The notes beneath the pieces are model-generated. The model saw only the letters and a program-made list of their open reading frames with translations. It was not told the DNA's origin and searched no databases. A stretch of 62,525 bases of DNA, the filler included, from Catajapyx aquilonaris (Eukaryota): NCBI GenBank assembly GCA_000934665.2. It is 2 parts of 2 records of this genome, joined end to end, with 100 filler letters (N's around TTAATTAATTAA, not from the genome) between each part and the next. Parts side by side here need not be neighbours in the genome. Positions count along the whole stretch, not along the records: positions 1 to 31,150 come from JYFJ02004573.1; 1 more part is not named here. One strand, 5' to 3'. Below, piece by piece: positions 1 through 11,932 of the stretch. The position numbers were made by a program, and so were the translations under genes. Each line of letters starts with the position of its first letter. Positions within the stretch are counted from its first letter, which is position 1.

Positions 1-1008
1 GTCGTACAAGGCCATGCCTCTCGACAAGGTCCTCTTCAGCACCACTGCCATTCAAATCACTGTCCCTGGGATTAAAAACAGTGAGTTTAAATACGTCTCA
101 AATCTCGGTAACCAGAATTACCCCCGTCATGGTAACCACACTGGAACAGTCTCCATGAAACCATGGTTTGTTGGTTGTTCCTTGGGAGGTAGGCATGGAA
201 GCGATTGTCGTTGTTGTTGTGTGGTTACCACGGTGGGGGTTACTATGGTGACTGAGGGAACTTGTGTGGAATGCATGGAGCATCATCTGTTCCGTGGAAA
301 GGTTGGCAGAGGGGCATAACGGCGTGAACTTCTCTTTCAGGCGAGGAGGTGGTGCGGGTGGTGCTGTACCGACAGGATTTGCTGAAGGTGCTGGTCCATC
401 TGGGCCGCAGCCTGCCAGTGATATTTGTGTACGTGGGTCCAGAGTGTGCCCGGCGGGTGTGCCAGCAGCTGTGCATGACGCGAGGCAGCGAGCCCTTCTT
501 CGACCCAAGCAGCTCAAACAACACGTTCAGGCGGGTGACCCTCCTCCCTGACATCCTGAGGGAGGAGGATAAGCGAATCCTGCGCAGCCTCTTTTCTGAA
601 CCTGTGAACCTGATAGACGAACTGGACCAGAGTGAGGCCAACGAGATCTTGGTCATGTCTTCTCCTAGAGAGACTGCCGGGGGAAGGGGGTCGGGAGGGG
701 GCGACACAGCCGCAGGGACCATCCACACCCACACTGGACATGGTTCACAGGGGGTCAGGATGGCAGGGTCCGGCAACAAGGCACTCACATCCTCACCAGT
801 GACCTGGAACAAGACCCCTGAACAGTACAGTGCCTGGTTGAGAGAATGCCTCGAAGTTTGTAAGAGGTCATACTGGGAAAAGGAGGCTGGAGCCACTGTT
901 GTGACGGAACGCCCACAGGCTCGGTCCGGACTGTTCCCCTTGAGTGGGCGGACTGCAGGAATGCCATTCTTCTCGGTTGTTCCCCGGTATTCCCATGAAA
1001 GATATTAA
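1..1008 (+). CDS. 3' part of a gene encoding a SENP6/SENP7 (veloren)-type PH-like domain; no C48/Ulp1 catalytic domain visible; 5' end outside the window, 3' end uncertain
   Basis: Exon <1-80 (SYKAMPLDKVLFSTTAIQITVPGIKN, donor GTGAGT at 81), 260-bp intron to TTTCAG at 340, then an exon from 341: VRVVLYRQDLLKVLVHLGRSLPVIFVYV...FFDPSSSNNTFRRVTLLPD...IDELDQSEANEILVMSSP. From memory this matches the pre-catalytic PH-like region of arthropod SENP6/7. The frame stops at 1008, or possibly splices at 987/1052 to a short exon stopping at ~1100. Confidence 0.6.
104..256. repeat. Intronic inverted repeat / long RNA hairpin
   Basis: Arm 104-141 CTCGGTAACCAGAATTACCCCCGTCATGGTAACCACAC pairs with arm 219-256 GTGTGGTTACCACGGTGGGGGTTACTATGGTGACTGAG at 33/38 positions counting G-U. 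Inner TCCATG/CATGGA also pairs. Confidence 0.75.
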
Positions 1009-1351
1009 AATTCTGACTGACAGTACTCGTCCTTCCACTGGTTTATTCCAGTTACAATCTTAGAGGCATCCTCAACCAGATCCCGCTCATCCCCACTTGA
1101 CTCTTTCACAACCATCCCTCTCCCAAACCATAGCAACCGCTTTTACCATATTGTGCATCACACTATTGAAATGGTTAAGTTATGCCGCAGTGATTCTCAT
1201 TTCCTGAGCCATCCCAGATTCAAAGAGGGGGACAAGGACAGCTTCCCACTTGGTCCAAAGAGAGAGCCTCTGTTCCCTCCTCACATTTCAAAGATGGCCG
1301 CACCCTCTCCATATTCCTGAAGGAAGGTTGAGCCAAGGATAATAAGTAGCC

Positions 1352-2572
1352 ATGTCCCAGGCTGAGCCACCAGGTGATGATGCAGGTGCAGAGGAAGGAG
1401 CCCCCGGAGCACAGGTCAGCACCGTTAGAATCTTATTTGTACGGGTATAGTAATGCCTGTTTGCTCTGCAGGCTGATGAGGACACCCGGGCGACCTTCTC
1501 AGAGCTCCCGCCGGAGATAAAGTTGATGGTGTTCAGACGGGTGGGGCAGGAGGAGAAGCTGAGGGTGACCCCGCTTGTCTGTTGGGAGTGGTACAGGCTG
1601 TCTCGTGATCCTGGCGCGTGGACCAGCCTGTCGCTCTCCGGCAGAAGGGCAGACCACGAGAAGGCGGTCGAGCTGGTGAGGAGGATGCCCATGCTGAGGA
1701 GGCTGGTTGTCAAGCGGTGCAAGACTGACCCAGACGTGTTGCTGGAGGCCGTGGCAATGGGCTGCCCCGACCTGGCCTTTCTGGAAGTGAGAGGTGTTGC
1801 CACCCAGCGCAAGGAAACCATGGGGCTTGTGGCGCAGAAGTGCAGCAACTTGAAGGACGTCGTGGTGATGGACTGCAGCCAACCAGAAGGAAGCAAGGAC
1901 CCAATCGAGGCCTTCTCAGTGTGCCAAAAGCTGTCCATAATATTCTTCAGTGCCAATTCGACCCTGAATCCTGCGGCAATCCCTGCAATCGCGGGATACG
2001 CCAACCTCAGGGACGTGTTCATCAACAAGACGCCTTGCGATGCGGACCTGCAGGTGCTTGTCCAGCTGGTTGGCAGGCAGCTGCGGACACTGAGGGTTGC
2101 GCAGCTGCACCAGGACCGGTCCTTCCAGCTGCTGCAGGACTGCCCCAATCTGGAAGACCTGGGCTTGGTTGGCTCCCCGGTGATGTCCGACCAGAGCCTC
2201 CTGGAAGGGGTTGGCAGCCTGGCGCACCTCCGCCACCTGACCCTCAACTTCATGCCGAAGCTGACCTCATCCGCTCTAGTCACCTTCTTCTACACCCGGA
2301 CCAAGGCCGTGGGCCTCCTGGAGAGCCTGGACCTGCGCTACCTGGGTGCGGTGGACGACCTGGTGGCCCAGTCCATCGCCTCCCACTGCCCCCTCCTCCG
2401 CTACCTCAACCTGAGCAGGACCAGGATCTCCCTGGACTCCCTGGTCCTCCTGGTCAGATGCTGCGGACAACTCAGAGACCTGCAGATCAGCGGCCTCGGA
2501 CTCACCTCCATGGAAATAGCCAGGCTCTTCCGCCTGCACGCCGACCTCGAGATCACCTGGAGGGAGTGGTGA
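1352..2572 (+). CDS. F-box/leucine-rich-repeat (FBXL-type) protein, 2 exons, ~387 aa
   Basis: Exons 1352-1414 and 1472-2572 (57-bp GT-AG intron, phase 0). F-box FSELPPEIKLMVFRRV...LVCWEWYRLSRDPGAWTSL is followed by cysteine-containing LRRs (CPDLAFLEV, CSNLKDVV, CPNLEDLGL, CPLLRYLNLSRT, CGQLRDLQI). In-frame TAA upstream of the ATG; AATAAA at ~2639. Confidence 0.88.
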
Positions 2573-2735
2573 AGAACCCTCTTTCCAGCAACATGTCCAT
2601 GTCTGCTGGATAAGCCGTGAATGAAATTAAAAATATTAAAATAAAGTAGGACATAATCGCTGATAATGCCCGTAGCCGTTCCTTCATGTCGCTATTAGTT
2701 CTTGTTTCCAGCGAGCAGCTATGCTATTCGGGAAC

Positions 2736-2774
2736 CACGTGACCAGCACGTGACTCAAGATGGCGGCCGCCATT
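2736..2774 (+). promoter_or_regulatory. Putative REV3L promoter elements: two CACGTGAC E-boxes and back-to-back YY1-type motifs
   Basis: CACGTGAC at 2736 and 2747. CAAGATGGCGGC at 2756-2767 overlaps a reverse GCCGCCATT. About 200 bp upstream of the REV3L ATG. Confidence 0.5.
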
Positions 2775-2964
2775 CGTGCGTGTTCCAACGTGATTCTTTC
2801 TTCCGCGGAAACCTGGTCACAGTTGACCCGAGGTGACCTGACCTTCTGGACTGGGCATGTCCGGTTCATTAATGGACAAAGTGTGACGGTGTGTTCTTTT
2901 CCAGGTGGGCCATTTTCAGGAGTAAACGCAGAGGACGATTAGGGGGTCAAAGGTCACGCACAAA

Positions 2965-5900
2965 ATGTCATCTCAGCCCCAGTCCATTGGAAGCAGCGAT
3001 GGGACCTTCAGGGTCAGCATCTTCACCATTGACCACTACCAAGCGGCTCCCATACCTGGATACGACCCGGACTATTCAGCCTTCAGGGGTCGGGAGGTCA
3101 GGCGTGTCCCTGTGCTGAGGGTGTTTGGCTACACCCCGTCGGGCCAGGGGTGCTGCCTCCACTTGCACGGGGCCTTCCCGTACTTCCTGGTGGAGGCGGA
3201 GGAGGCAGGGTGCGACCCACTGACCCTCGCCCTCTCCATCGACCAGGCCGTTAACATTGCGCAGAACCGCAGCACCTCAGGGCAGCAGCATGTCTTCAGC
3301 ATTGGGAAGGTGGAACTCACGCCCTTCTACGGGTTCACCCCCGACCCGGTCCTGTTCTACAAAGTGTGGTTCTACTCCCCGTTTGTGGCGGACAAAGCGG
3401 CTGAGCTGCTCCGGTCGGGGCTTATCCGCGGTGGGGTGCTCAAAGTGCATGAGGCCCACCTCCCTTTCCACCTTCAGTTCACAGTCGACCACCAGCTGCA
3501 TCCAATGAGCTACATGGCAGTGTCCAGCGTCAAGTTCAGGCAGAATAGCGACCAGGTGTCGACCTTTGCTGGAGACTTGCTGATGGATGCGGAGAGGATG
3601 ACCACCTGTGAGGTCGAGGCTGATGCGGCTGTGCGGGACCTGGTGTGCGACACTGGGGCCAACCCGGGGCTGTACGCAATCTGGGCGGAGGAAGCTGGTT
3701 CGCAGCCAGTCACGCCACCCAAGCTGCCAGAGTTTCCTGGCCGGCTTGAGGACGTGGGGCCAACAGAGTCTGATCTGTTCTACAGGCGGCAGCTGCAGGA
3801 TAAGTTGGCCACTGGTGGCGACGCCAGTCAGCTGACCTTGGTGTCTCTGAGTGAGGAAGACGAGGAGGTGGTGGACATGCTGGCACAGTTGAAAGGGGCT
3901 GCGGTTGATGCCGTGGAGGAAGAGAAGGTTGCGGTGGAAGACTGCAGCTTGTTGGGAACACAGGAAGTGGATGAAGCGGAGGATGGCGAGGAGGAGGAGG
4001 AGAGCATTGTTATGAGCCAGTGCTTGGTCGATGACCTGTCAGACGACAGTGAATCCGACGGCAGATTGGAGATGAATATGGATGGCGCTTGCGACTCCTC
4101 ATCGTCGTCTTCACCACTGTCATGCTCAGAGCTTGAAGAGAGCAGCGAGGTAGCAACCCCGCGGCTGACCCAGCGCACCCCACCTCGGAGGAAGAGGAAA
4201 GCAAGTTCGACCCCATCACCAGCGGCCAGAAGAAGAGGGAAGAGAGGTCTGACCTACAGTCCATTGAAGGTCATCCTGACCAAGAGTCCAGCCAGGAAGG
4301 CAGCTGCAGCTGAACCCAGCACCCCTGCTGCATCGTCATATGCGGATAGGGGCTTGGAAGACCACAATGAACCGGTGTTCAGGGACGCCCTTTGGAACAC
4401 AGGCCTCTGCAACTCCGATCCTGATGAAAGCAAACTGGAATCGTCGCCTCCATTGCCAACCACTCCGGAAGCACACAAGTCCAGTCAACCACAACTGTTG
4501 TCGCAAAGTTCTGAAGACGAGTTGGTGTCCAGCCAGAAAGTCCAGCCACTAACGCAGATAGTTGCAGGACACATCTCCAGCAGCCTGGAGCAGTTGTCCA
4601 GTTCCCCTGCAGAAGAGCTGTTGACGCAGCCTGGTACTGGAGCAAGGCCTGAACCCAATCTGCGGCTAGCTTTGTCGCAAAGCTCTGAGGAAGAGTGGAA
4701 ATGCAGCCAACCTTTGACGCAATCTGTTTCTAAATGCTACAGGAACCGAATCCAGCCATTAACGCAAAGAGGAGAAGATGTCTGCGATGCCAGCACGGAC
4801 GAAGAGCCCCAGCTTCATGAGAGTGTCCAAGAGAGTTTCATCAGCAGCCAGAGCAACATATCGGATCAGATTCCATGCGGTCAACCAGAGGACGTGGAAA
4901 GCAGCCAGTCGACACTGGTTGATGTGTCGTCACAGCCGAGTGGCATCACCAGCTTCTACGGCAGCCAAGAAGTAAGCGGCGTGAAAAGCTTTTGTGACAG
5001 TCAGGATGTGAGTGGCATCAAGAGCTTCTACGAGTACAGCACAGTGGACACCAGGCAGGGGCAGAGGGCGTGCCAGCTTCAGGACGGCGTTCGCGTCCTG
5101 GCCCTTCAAAAGGGGCCGCCGTCATGGGCTGAGGTCTGTGCCGCGTCCACGCCAGCTGTCACCCACAGCACTCCGGCACCTCAGGGTTCCAGGTCGACAA
5201 CCCCGAACCCACCGCCATTTACGCCGATCCCAGTTCCTCCCAGCACAAAGGGGAAGAAGACGAAGGCAAGGAGGTTGAGCTTCCCCCGTGACAGCCTCTC
5301 CTCGCCCCACTCGCCGTCCTCCTTGTTTTCCGGACTGGACGGGCCCTCCCTGGCCAACTCCACCATGCGGCTGGACCAGGGAAGGGTGGCCCAGTCCAAC
5401 CAGCCGCCTCTGACCCTGATGACCATGGAGGTCCACTCATCCACCAGGGGTCAACTCCTGCCAGATCCAGCTGTTGACCCCTTGCAGGCCCTTTTCTACG
5501 GGATCCACAGGCACAATCCTGGGCATCTGTCGTCGCAGCAATCGGAAGCGGATGCACTGGGCACCCTGATAGTCCACCCCGCCTTCTCCGCCTCGTCTGC
5601 ATTTGCCCCGCCGCCCATCCTGCTCCCGGATTGGCTGCGCACTGTCGAGGGCAACACCATCAAGATTGATGTCCTGTACGTGAACGATGAGCTCGCCCTT
5701 TTCGCAGGGCTGGTTGAGATCATACAGCGATGGGACCCGGATGTGCTGATTGGATATGAAGTATGTTGCGTCACCGATTTTTAAATGTGCGTGACTAACT
5801 CAGTTGCGTTGCAGGTTGAGATGCAGTCGTGGGGTCTTCTCCTGCAGCGTGCCGCTGTCCTGCAGGTGGACCTCCGCTTCCAGATAGGCCGTGTCCTGCC

Positions 5901-8041
5901 TCGGCCCCCACCGGCCCAGCAGCAACAGAAGGAGCCGCCAGCTTTCCTGAAGGAAGGGTTGGGAGGGAAGGTGTTTGGCCGGGAGGTGGTCGATGCTTGG
6001 AGGCTGCTCCGGCACGAGCTGACCTCCCTCCTGAGCTACACATTTGAGAACGTGGCGTACCGTGTGCTTGGTGAGCGCCACTCGTTCCACACGCCATCGC
6101 AGCTGACCCACTGGTGGAGCCGCCCCGCCACGGCCCACAGGGTGGCCCACTACTACCTGACCCGCGTCCGCTCCTTGCTTCGGGTGCTCCTCCAGCTGGA
6201 CGTCCCAGACCGCACCTCCGAGCTGGCCCGCCTCTATGGAATCCTCTGGTTCGAAGTGCTGTCCCGCGGATCGCAATTCAGGGTCGAAGCCATGATGCTG
6301 CGGCTGGCCAGGAAGCTGGGTTGGGCCGCCTACTCACCCGGGGTGGCCCAGAGAGCCCTGATGAAAGCTCCCCAGTGCATCCAGCTCATCATGGAGCCCC
6401 GCTCCAAGCTCTACCAGGACCCGGTGGTGGTCCTGGACTTCCAGAGCCTCTACCCGTCCATCATGATTGCATACAACTACTGCTTCTCCACTTGTCTTGG
6501 GAGGCTGGAGCATCTCCAGGCCGCAGACGGAGCCCCATTTCCATTTGGCTGCTCTTCTCACCAGGTACGATTTTTGACCATCGTTGGTGTAAGGTCTCAC
6601 GCTTGCTCTTCTGCAGGTTGACCCGGCATTGCTGCGTCACATTGAGGTTCAGTTTGCACCGTGTGGTGTTGCGTATGTGTCCTCCAAGGTCCGCAGGGGC
6701 GTGCTGCCTCGCATGCTGGAAGAAATCCTGGCGACCCGCCTCCAGGTCAAGGCAGCTCTCAAGAAGGTTCCTGAGGAAGACAAGGCTCGGAAGAAGCTCC
6801 TTCACGCCCGCCAGCTGGGGCTCAAGATGATTGCCAATGTCACGTACGGGTACACGGCAGCCAGCTTCTCAGGACGGATGCCTTGCGTGGAAGTGGGTGA
6901 CAGCGTGGTCAGCAAGGGACGGGAGACCTTGGAGCGGGCCATGAAGATGGTGCAGGAAGACCCCCGATGGCATCCATGTCGGGTTGTGTATGGCGACACG
7001 GATTCAATGTTTGTGCTCGCTCCAGGACGCACTCGGGAAGAAGCGTTCAGGATGGGGCGGGAGATGGCGGAGACCGTCACTCGGGCCAACCCACACCCGG
7101 TGGAGCTCAAGCTCGAGAAGGTGTATCAGCCGTGCATACTGCAGACAAAGAAACGGTACTGCGGCCACTTGTACGAGAGTGCGGACGACCAGGGCGTGTA
7201 CGACGCAAAGGGCATTGAGACGGTGAGACGTGACGGCTGCCCCGCAGTGTCCAAGATATTGCAACGTAGCCTGCAGATTCTATTTTCCGGGGACTTTGAA
7301 GCTAGTCGTAATTACGTCATACACCAAGCCGAGAAGCTTTTGCAGGGGCGTGTCTCTCTGCAGGACGTGATCTTTGCTAAGGAGTTCCGTGGGTTAGGGC
7401 GGTACAAGCCAAGTGCATGTGTGCCGGCGCTGGAAATTGCGCGTAAGGCAGTGCTGGATGACCCAAGGGCCGAGCCGCGTGTTGGGTGGCGTGTCCCGTA
7501 CGTCATAGTGGCAGGCCCACCTGGCATCCAGCTCATCCGACTGGTACGGACACCTCAGGAGTTTTTGCAGTCGAGCCTGCGAATAAACGGAGACTACTAC
7601 CTTCACAAGGCAGTGTTGCCTGCCCTGCAACGGTGTTTCGGAGTCGCAGGTCACGATGTGAGTCGGTGGGTGGCTCATCTGAGGTCGTCCAGTTGTCGAA
7701 AGGGAGGTTGGTCCCATGCGGGTCAGGGGATAGAGCGGTACTTCCAGCCGATAGTCACGTGTGAAGTGTGCAGCGAGACATCTTTGGGAGCAGTTTGCAC
7801 CAAGTGTGCGGCAGATCCGGTGAGAGTCGTGTCCTTAGTTGGAGACAGGCTGAGGCGTTGTTCCAGGCGCCTTCAAGCGGTCATGTCAATGTGCCGAGCA
7901 TGCGAAGGTCTGCCCCTTGGAGTCGGGGAGGTCACTTGCCAGTCGTTGGACTGTCCTGTGCTCCATGTGAGACACAGGACAAGGGTTGACTCGGAGGATT
8001 ACGCCCATAGGCTTCGTCAGGCCATAGCGTCCTTGGACTAA
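2965..8041 (+). CDS. REV3L: DNA polymerase zeta catalytic subunit (REV3), 3 exons, ~1656 aa
   Basis: Exons 2965-5760, 5815-6564 and 6617-8041 (54- and 52-bp GT-AG introns, phase 0). Rev3 N-terminus VPVLRVFG...HLHGAFPYF and HEAHLPFHLQF. Family-B motifs DFQSLYPS, KMIANVTYGY and YGDTDS; Rev3-type VLSRGSQFRVE and KGIETVRRDGC; C-terminal CysA/CysB (CEVC..CTKC, CRAC..CQSLDC). Confidence 0.97.
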
Positions 8042-9530
8042 CTCCGCAAGTCCCAGACAGACAGGCCCAGTGTTTATTCAATGCAATTCAATTGCAAAAA
8101 TGTGTCTCATCATCAGATGCCCTCCTTTTTGAGCCGACCTTGCACCAACGTTGGAAGCGGCAAATGAGTTTTATCACCCTAGACCCAGTTTCACCAAGTG
8201 GAATTAGTGCTGTTGCTCACTGGTTGTCGGTCATCCATAAATGTATTATGAATGTACCTTGCGTAACCCTTTTTTTTTTCATGCCGATTTTTTTTTAAAT
8301 CCCTCGATTTGGTGCATTCATATGCGAGGTGGAGCATCGTGTGAATCTGCGATGCTTAAATACAAATTGTGGCGGAATTGTTGTTCAGGTAATTAATTGC
8401 CTTCTCGAGTCACACAACTGGATAAATGAATTGCATAATGATGGTTTATCTTGCAGAGTGATTAGTATTAGGCGTATGTGCTGTGATAAATTATGAGCAT
8501 TCCTCCGACCTTTTCCTTTTGCCACAAAAAATCGACATAGACATATTTATGGGATGACCATCAGTGTGTAAATTGTTAATTTTCTACATTATACAATAGG
8601 TGCTAATAAAATATTGTATATTTTTTGACATTGAGATAATTATTATGAATTGCGTGAAGCCACTCCTGGACTATCTTGAGTGAGAAATGATGATGATTGC
8701 TTCGTGTTTGTTTCATGCCAGCGTAAATTCTTCTCGGCTCTGAATCACTGCCAAGTATGTGTGTGTAGATGTCTTCTGTCACGTGCACCAGTGAGCTTGG
8801 GCTGGGAATTCTTTGTTTCACATGTAGTACACACACAGATATCCTGAATTATTCAATATGAATTTTAGATGAGCAAAATATGTTGCGCAACCCACACATT
8901 TCTATATGAAAACAGGTAGCTAATCATTGAAGCGACCTTAAAGACCGGAATGTGTATGTAGTTTGCAAGGCACTGCTGGGCATTTCGTAATTGGACGTAC
9001 TGCTGTCATGTATCATTATGCTAACCTAAATGTATGCAAACCATCACTTAACCTTGATTCTGCAGAGCAGTAGTTCTATACTATACAGCTACTTTATCTT
9101 TAGAATGTCGTCAATATTCGACAGCATCACGCACATTCTTTTGATATTTTAAATGCATCCCCCCCAAAATGACCCTTACATAACTTTTATTGCCAAGTTT
9201 CCTCCAGACAGTAGTAATTTATGCCATTTTGTTCAAGGACGAGCCCTCAGGAGGAGACATGCCATTTTTACCTTAAAACCACACCACTGTGTACATGTAT
9301 AGGCGCAAGTGTGTATAAAGGGTGACCTCGCAGGTCATGAACTGTAATCAGCAGCCGGAACAAGGTTTTATCCTGACAGGACAGAGCCTCATCCCGTACC
9401 TCATCACTCGCAGGGAAGGCCTAACACATAGGATGAACTAAATAAGGCTCTCTCGTTGCACTACAACATGTAGGCCATACATGGTATAACTGTGCAGTAT
9501 TAATAAAATAAATAATTACAAAATATACTA

Positions 9531-9776
9531 ATAATTATAATTATTATAATAATGGATACCCCGTGATAGGCCCCTTGGGCCTCTTAGGGGATCATCTTTT
9601 GAATACCCGACTTTAATCATTTGCCTGTAATGTGATGGATTTTGATAGTGGGAGGAAACGGGAACCCCACGAGAAAACCCACGCGAACACGGAGAGAACC
9701 CATCGAAACTCTATCCACATAAGTATATCCTCCGTCCGACCCGGGGATCGAACTCGGGACATTAGAGGTGGAAGGC
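9531..9776 (-). mobile_element. 5'-truncated tRNA-derived SINE with a V-domain-like core
   Basis: On the minus strand: B box GAGTTCGATCCC, then GAGTTT..GTTCTCTCCGTGTTCGCGTGGGTTTTCTC..CCCGTTTCCTCCCAC (V-SINE-like core), a 3' stem-loop and an AT-rich tail. Identical 14-bp TSD TACAAAATATACTA at 9517-9530 and 9777-9790. Confidence 0.85.
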
Positions 9777-9797
9777 TACAAAATATACTACTTACCA

Positions 9798-9962
9798 TTG
9801 AAGGATCTAAAAATGATGTTCATTATACACACCATCATTATTCAGAGATTTCATTCGGACGAAGTCATTCTTCCATCGAGCTGATGGGAGAATGAATTCT
9901 TCCCGATAAAATCTCTGAATAATGATGGTGTGAATAATGAACATCATTTTTAGATCCTTCAA
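9798..9962. repeat. 165-bp near-perfect palindrome (MITE-like hairpin)
   Basis: Outer ~54-bp arms TTGAAGGATCTAAAAATGATGTTCATTAT(A/T)CACACCATCATTATTCAGAGATTT are reverse complements with one mismatch, and the interior also pairs. No clear TSD. Confidence 0.8.
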
Positions 9963-11932
9963 CTATATATATAGCTTGTAAGTGTAGAGCAGAATATTCC
10001 TCGTTCTAATATAATTATCCTAACTGCGAAAATAGATTGCTCATCTCATCGTAAGTTATTTCGCAATATGTAGGAAAAAGGAAACTGAAGCGAATAATAA
10101 ATCCGTCTTATTCAGTTTGATCGCAATATTATTCTGCCTGGAGCTATACATTTTACACTTCAAGGTCGTACGTACGTCTCCTAACCTGCTGTGTGCAAAG
10201 AAGAAGAGAAAATGACCGCATTTCCTCATTTGATGACACATTATTATGTCGATTTGCTTTGAGCATTTTGTGCTCGTGTTAAATGCTGCGCAAAAATGAA
10301 ATGCCCGCATATAAAGACGTGCAGTACGTGTAATGATGAGAGTTATTTGGCGTCTGCAGGATCTGGTGGTCCACAGTTGAACGTATAAGATGGTGATGGT
10401 GGAAGGACGGGGGGGAGGAAAAGTGGTGGAAGACACCCAACGTAAGTTATATTCCTAAATATACGTACGTTGGCATGACATTGAATTGGTCTATACTATC
10501 ATAGCGTAATTATATGCCTGTAGCCAGCACGGCTATAGAGTCATATATTCATGTTGATATATAGTCAAACCAGGTTCAACTTTTATGGTCCTGTTGAAGA
10601 TTCTTCTTCTTCGAGGGATCCCAAAATATGCACATCAGATTCACGATCAGATTTATGAGCACAGCACGACCATCCTGATAAATAATAATGTTGACGCACT
10701 TACAGCGCCTGTTGTAGACTGTACAGACAGGTATACAGGACTGATGTGTACTGTACTCTACAATGATGTGAATAAGTAGTACATCAAAAAGTGCCCTTTC
10801 CTTGCTCGTCCAAAGACTACTTCTTTTTGGAAAAATGATAGCAAAGTGTAGGTCAGACTGAATCATATGAAGTGCATATATGCAGCACATGTCCTGCTGT
10901 GATGTGAGCGAAAGTACTTGAAGAGAGTCCGCGCAACGATATAGTTAATGAATGAGATTCTATGGTTTTTGGCACGGGCCAGAAGCGTGGCACATTAATT
11001 ATTCAAATGGACTCATCGCGATGAGCCAATCAGGAAATGGGGTCGACTGGCATTGTTATGCTACAATTAATGCGTAATTCGTTGAAAGAAGGACGAGTAG
11101 GTCGCTTCTTTTTACTTTTCTTTGATGTTGGGGGTTGGAATTCCAAGCAATCGGATCCCATTACGTGATGTTAAACGGGCGTGATTGCCCGTAATTAGAT
11201 CTGCCCGGGATAATATAGAAGCTGCTGGTCGTCCTTGAGAATCCAAACCGCATTTGGAGCGAGACGTCGTCGTGACTTTGACTATATATAGGGAGGGGGA
11301 AATATTTAAAAAGAAATGTACTGTAGCTGTGTATGTATACACCAAGAAGAAGAAGAAGAAAAAAAATGAATGGTTTAGCATGTCATCATGTTGCCAAAAA
11401 AAATAGTGCAGTTTGTAAAATTAATGTACCGTGCTGCATGTACGTCATCTGAATGGTCCACCGGTCTTTGCTTGCGCACAGGCCAACCATCAGATATATT
11501 GAAAGAATCACATTGGAAAAAAAAAAAATGCATATTGGCGGTCATGCTTGGCAAATTGCTCCAACCCCTCCCCTTTTTCTTTCCTTTTTTGTGTCAGATT
11601 TTTTTAAAAGAAAATATTGCCCCTGGGCAAAAAGGAGCAGCCAGCCAACCAAAAGTGCTCCAAGGCCTCGAGGGGGTTGGACGCAATATATGACGCACTT
11701 GCTGGTACTGCCGGGACATGATGGCATCACCATCACCACATGCAGCTACGTGGGTATAGGTCATCTCGATCGGTGGTGGAGGAGGAGGAAGGAGTAAGGG
11801 GGGGAAAAGAAGAAGGCATAAAAGGAGAGGAGGGGCAGCGTCGAGGCGCACTTGGTCAACAGACGTAAGAGTAGCCTTTGTGTGCACAGGGTGTGTGCTG
11901 CAGCTGGCAACAGGAACAGGAAGACTTAGACC

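Noticed and set aside
900..1471. Spliced fusion of the SENP-like domain to the F-box/LRR gene
   Set aside because: The donor/acceptor combinations I tried gave stops, and the F-box gene has its own ATG with an upstream in-frame stop.
1288..2283. 331-aa minus-strand ORF and other long ORFs overlapping FBXL, REV3L, MBTPS2, AGPAT, LACTB2 and PEX2
   Set aside because: Antisense or alternate-frame shadows of GC-rich coding exons; no recognisable motifs.
10050..10660. Strong donors (GTAAGT at 10051 and 10442) and acceptors (~10358, ~10574) suggesting a spliced transcript
   Set aside because: No consistent reading frame. Could be lncRNA or UTR exons but cannot be supported without RNA data.
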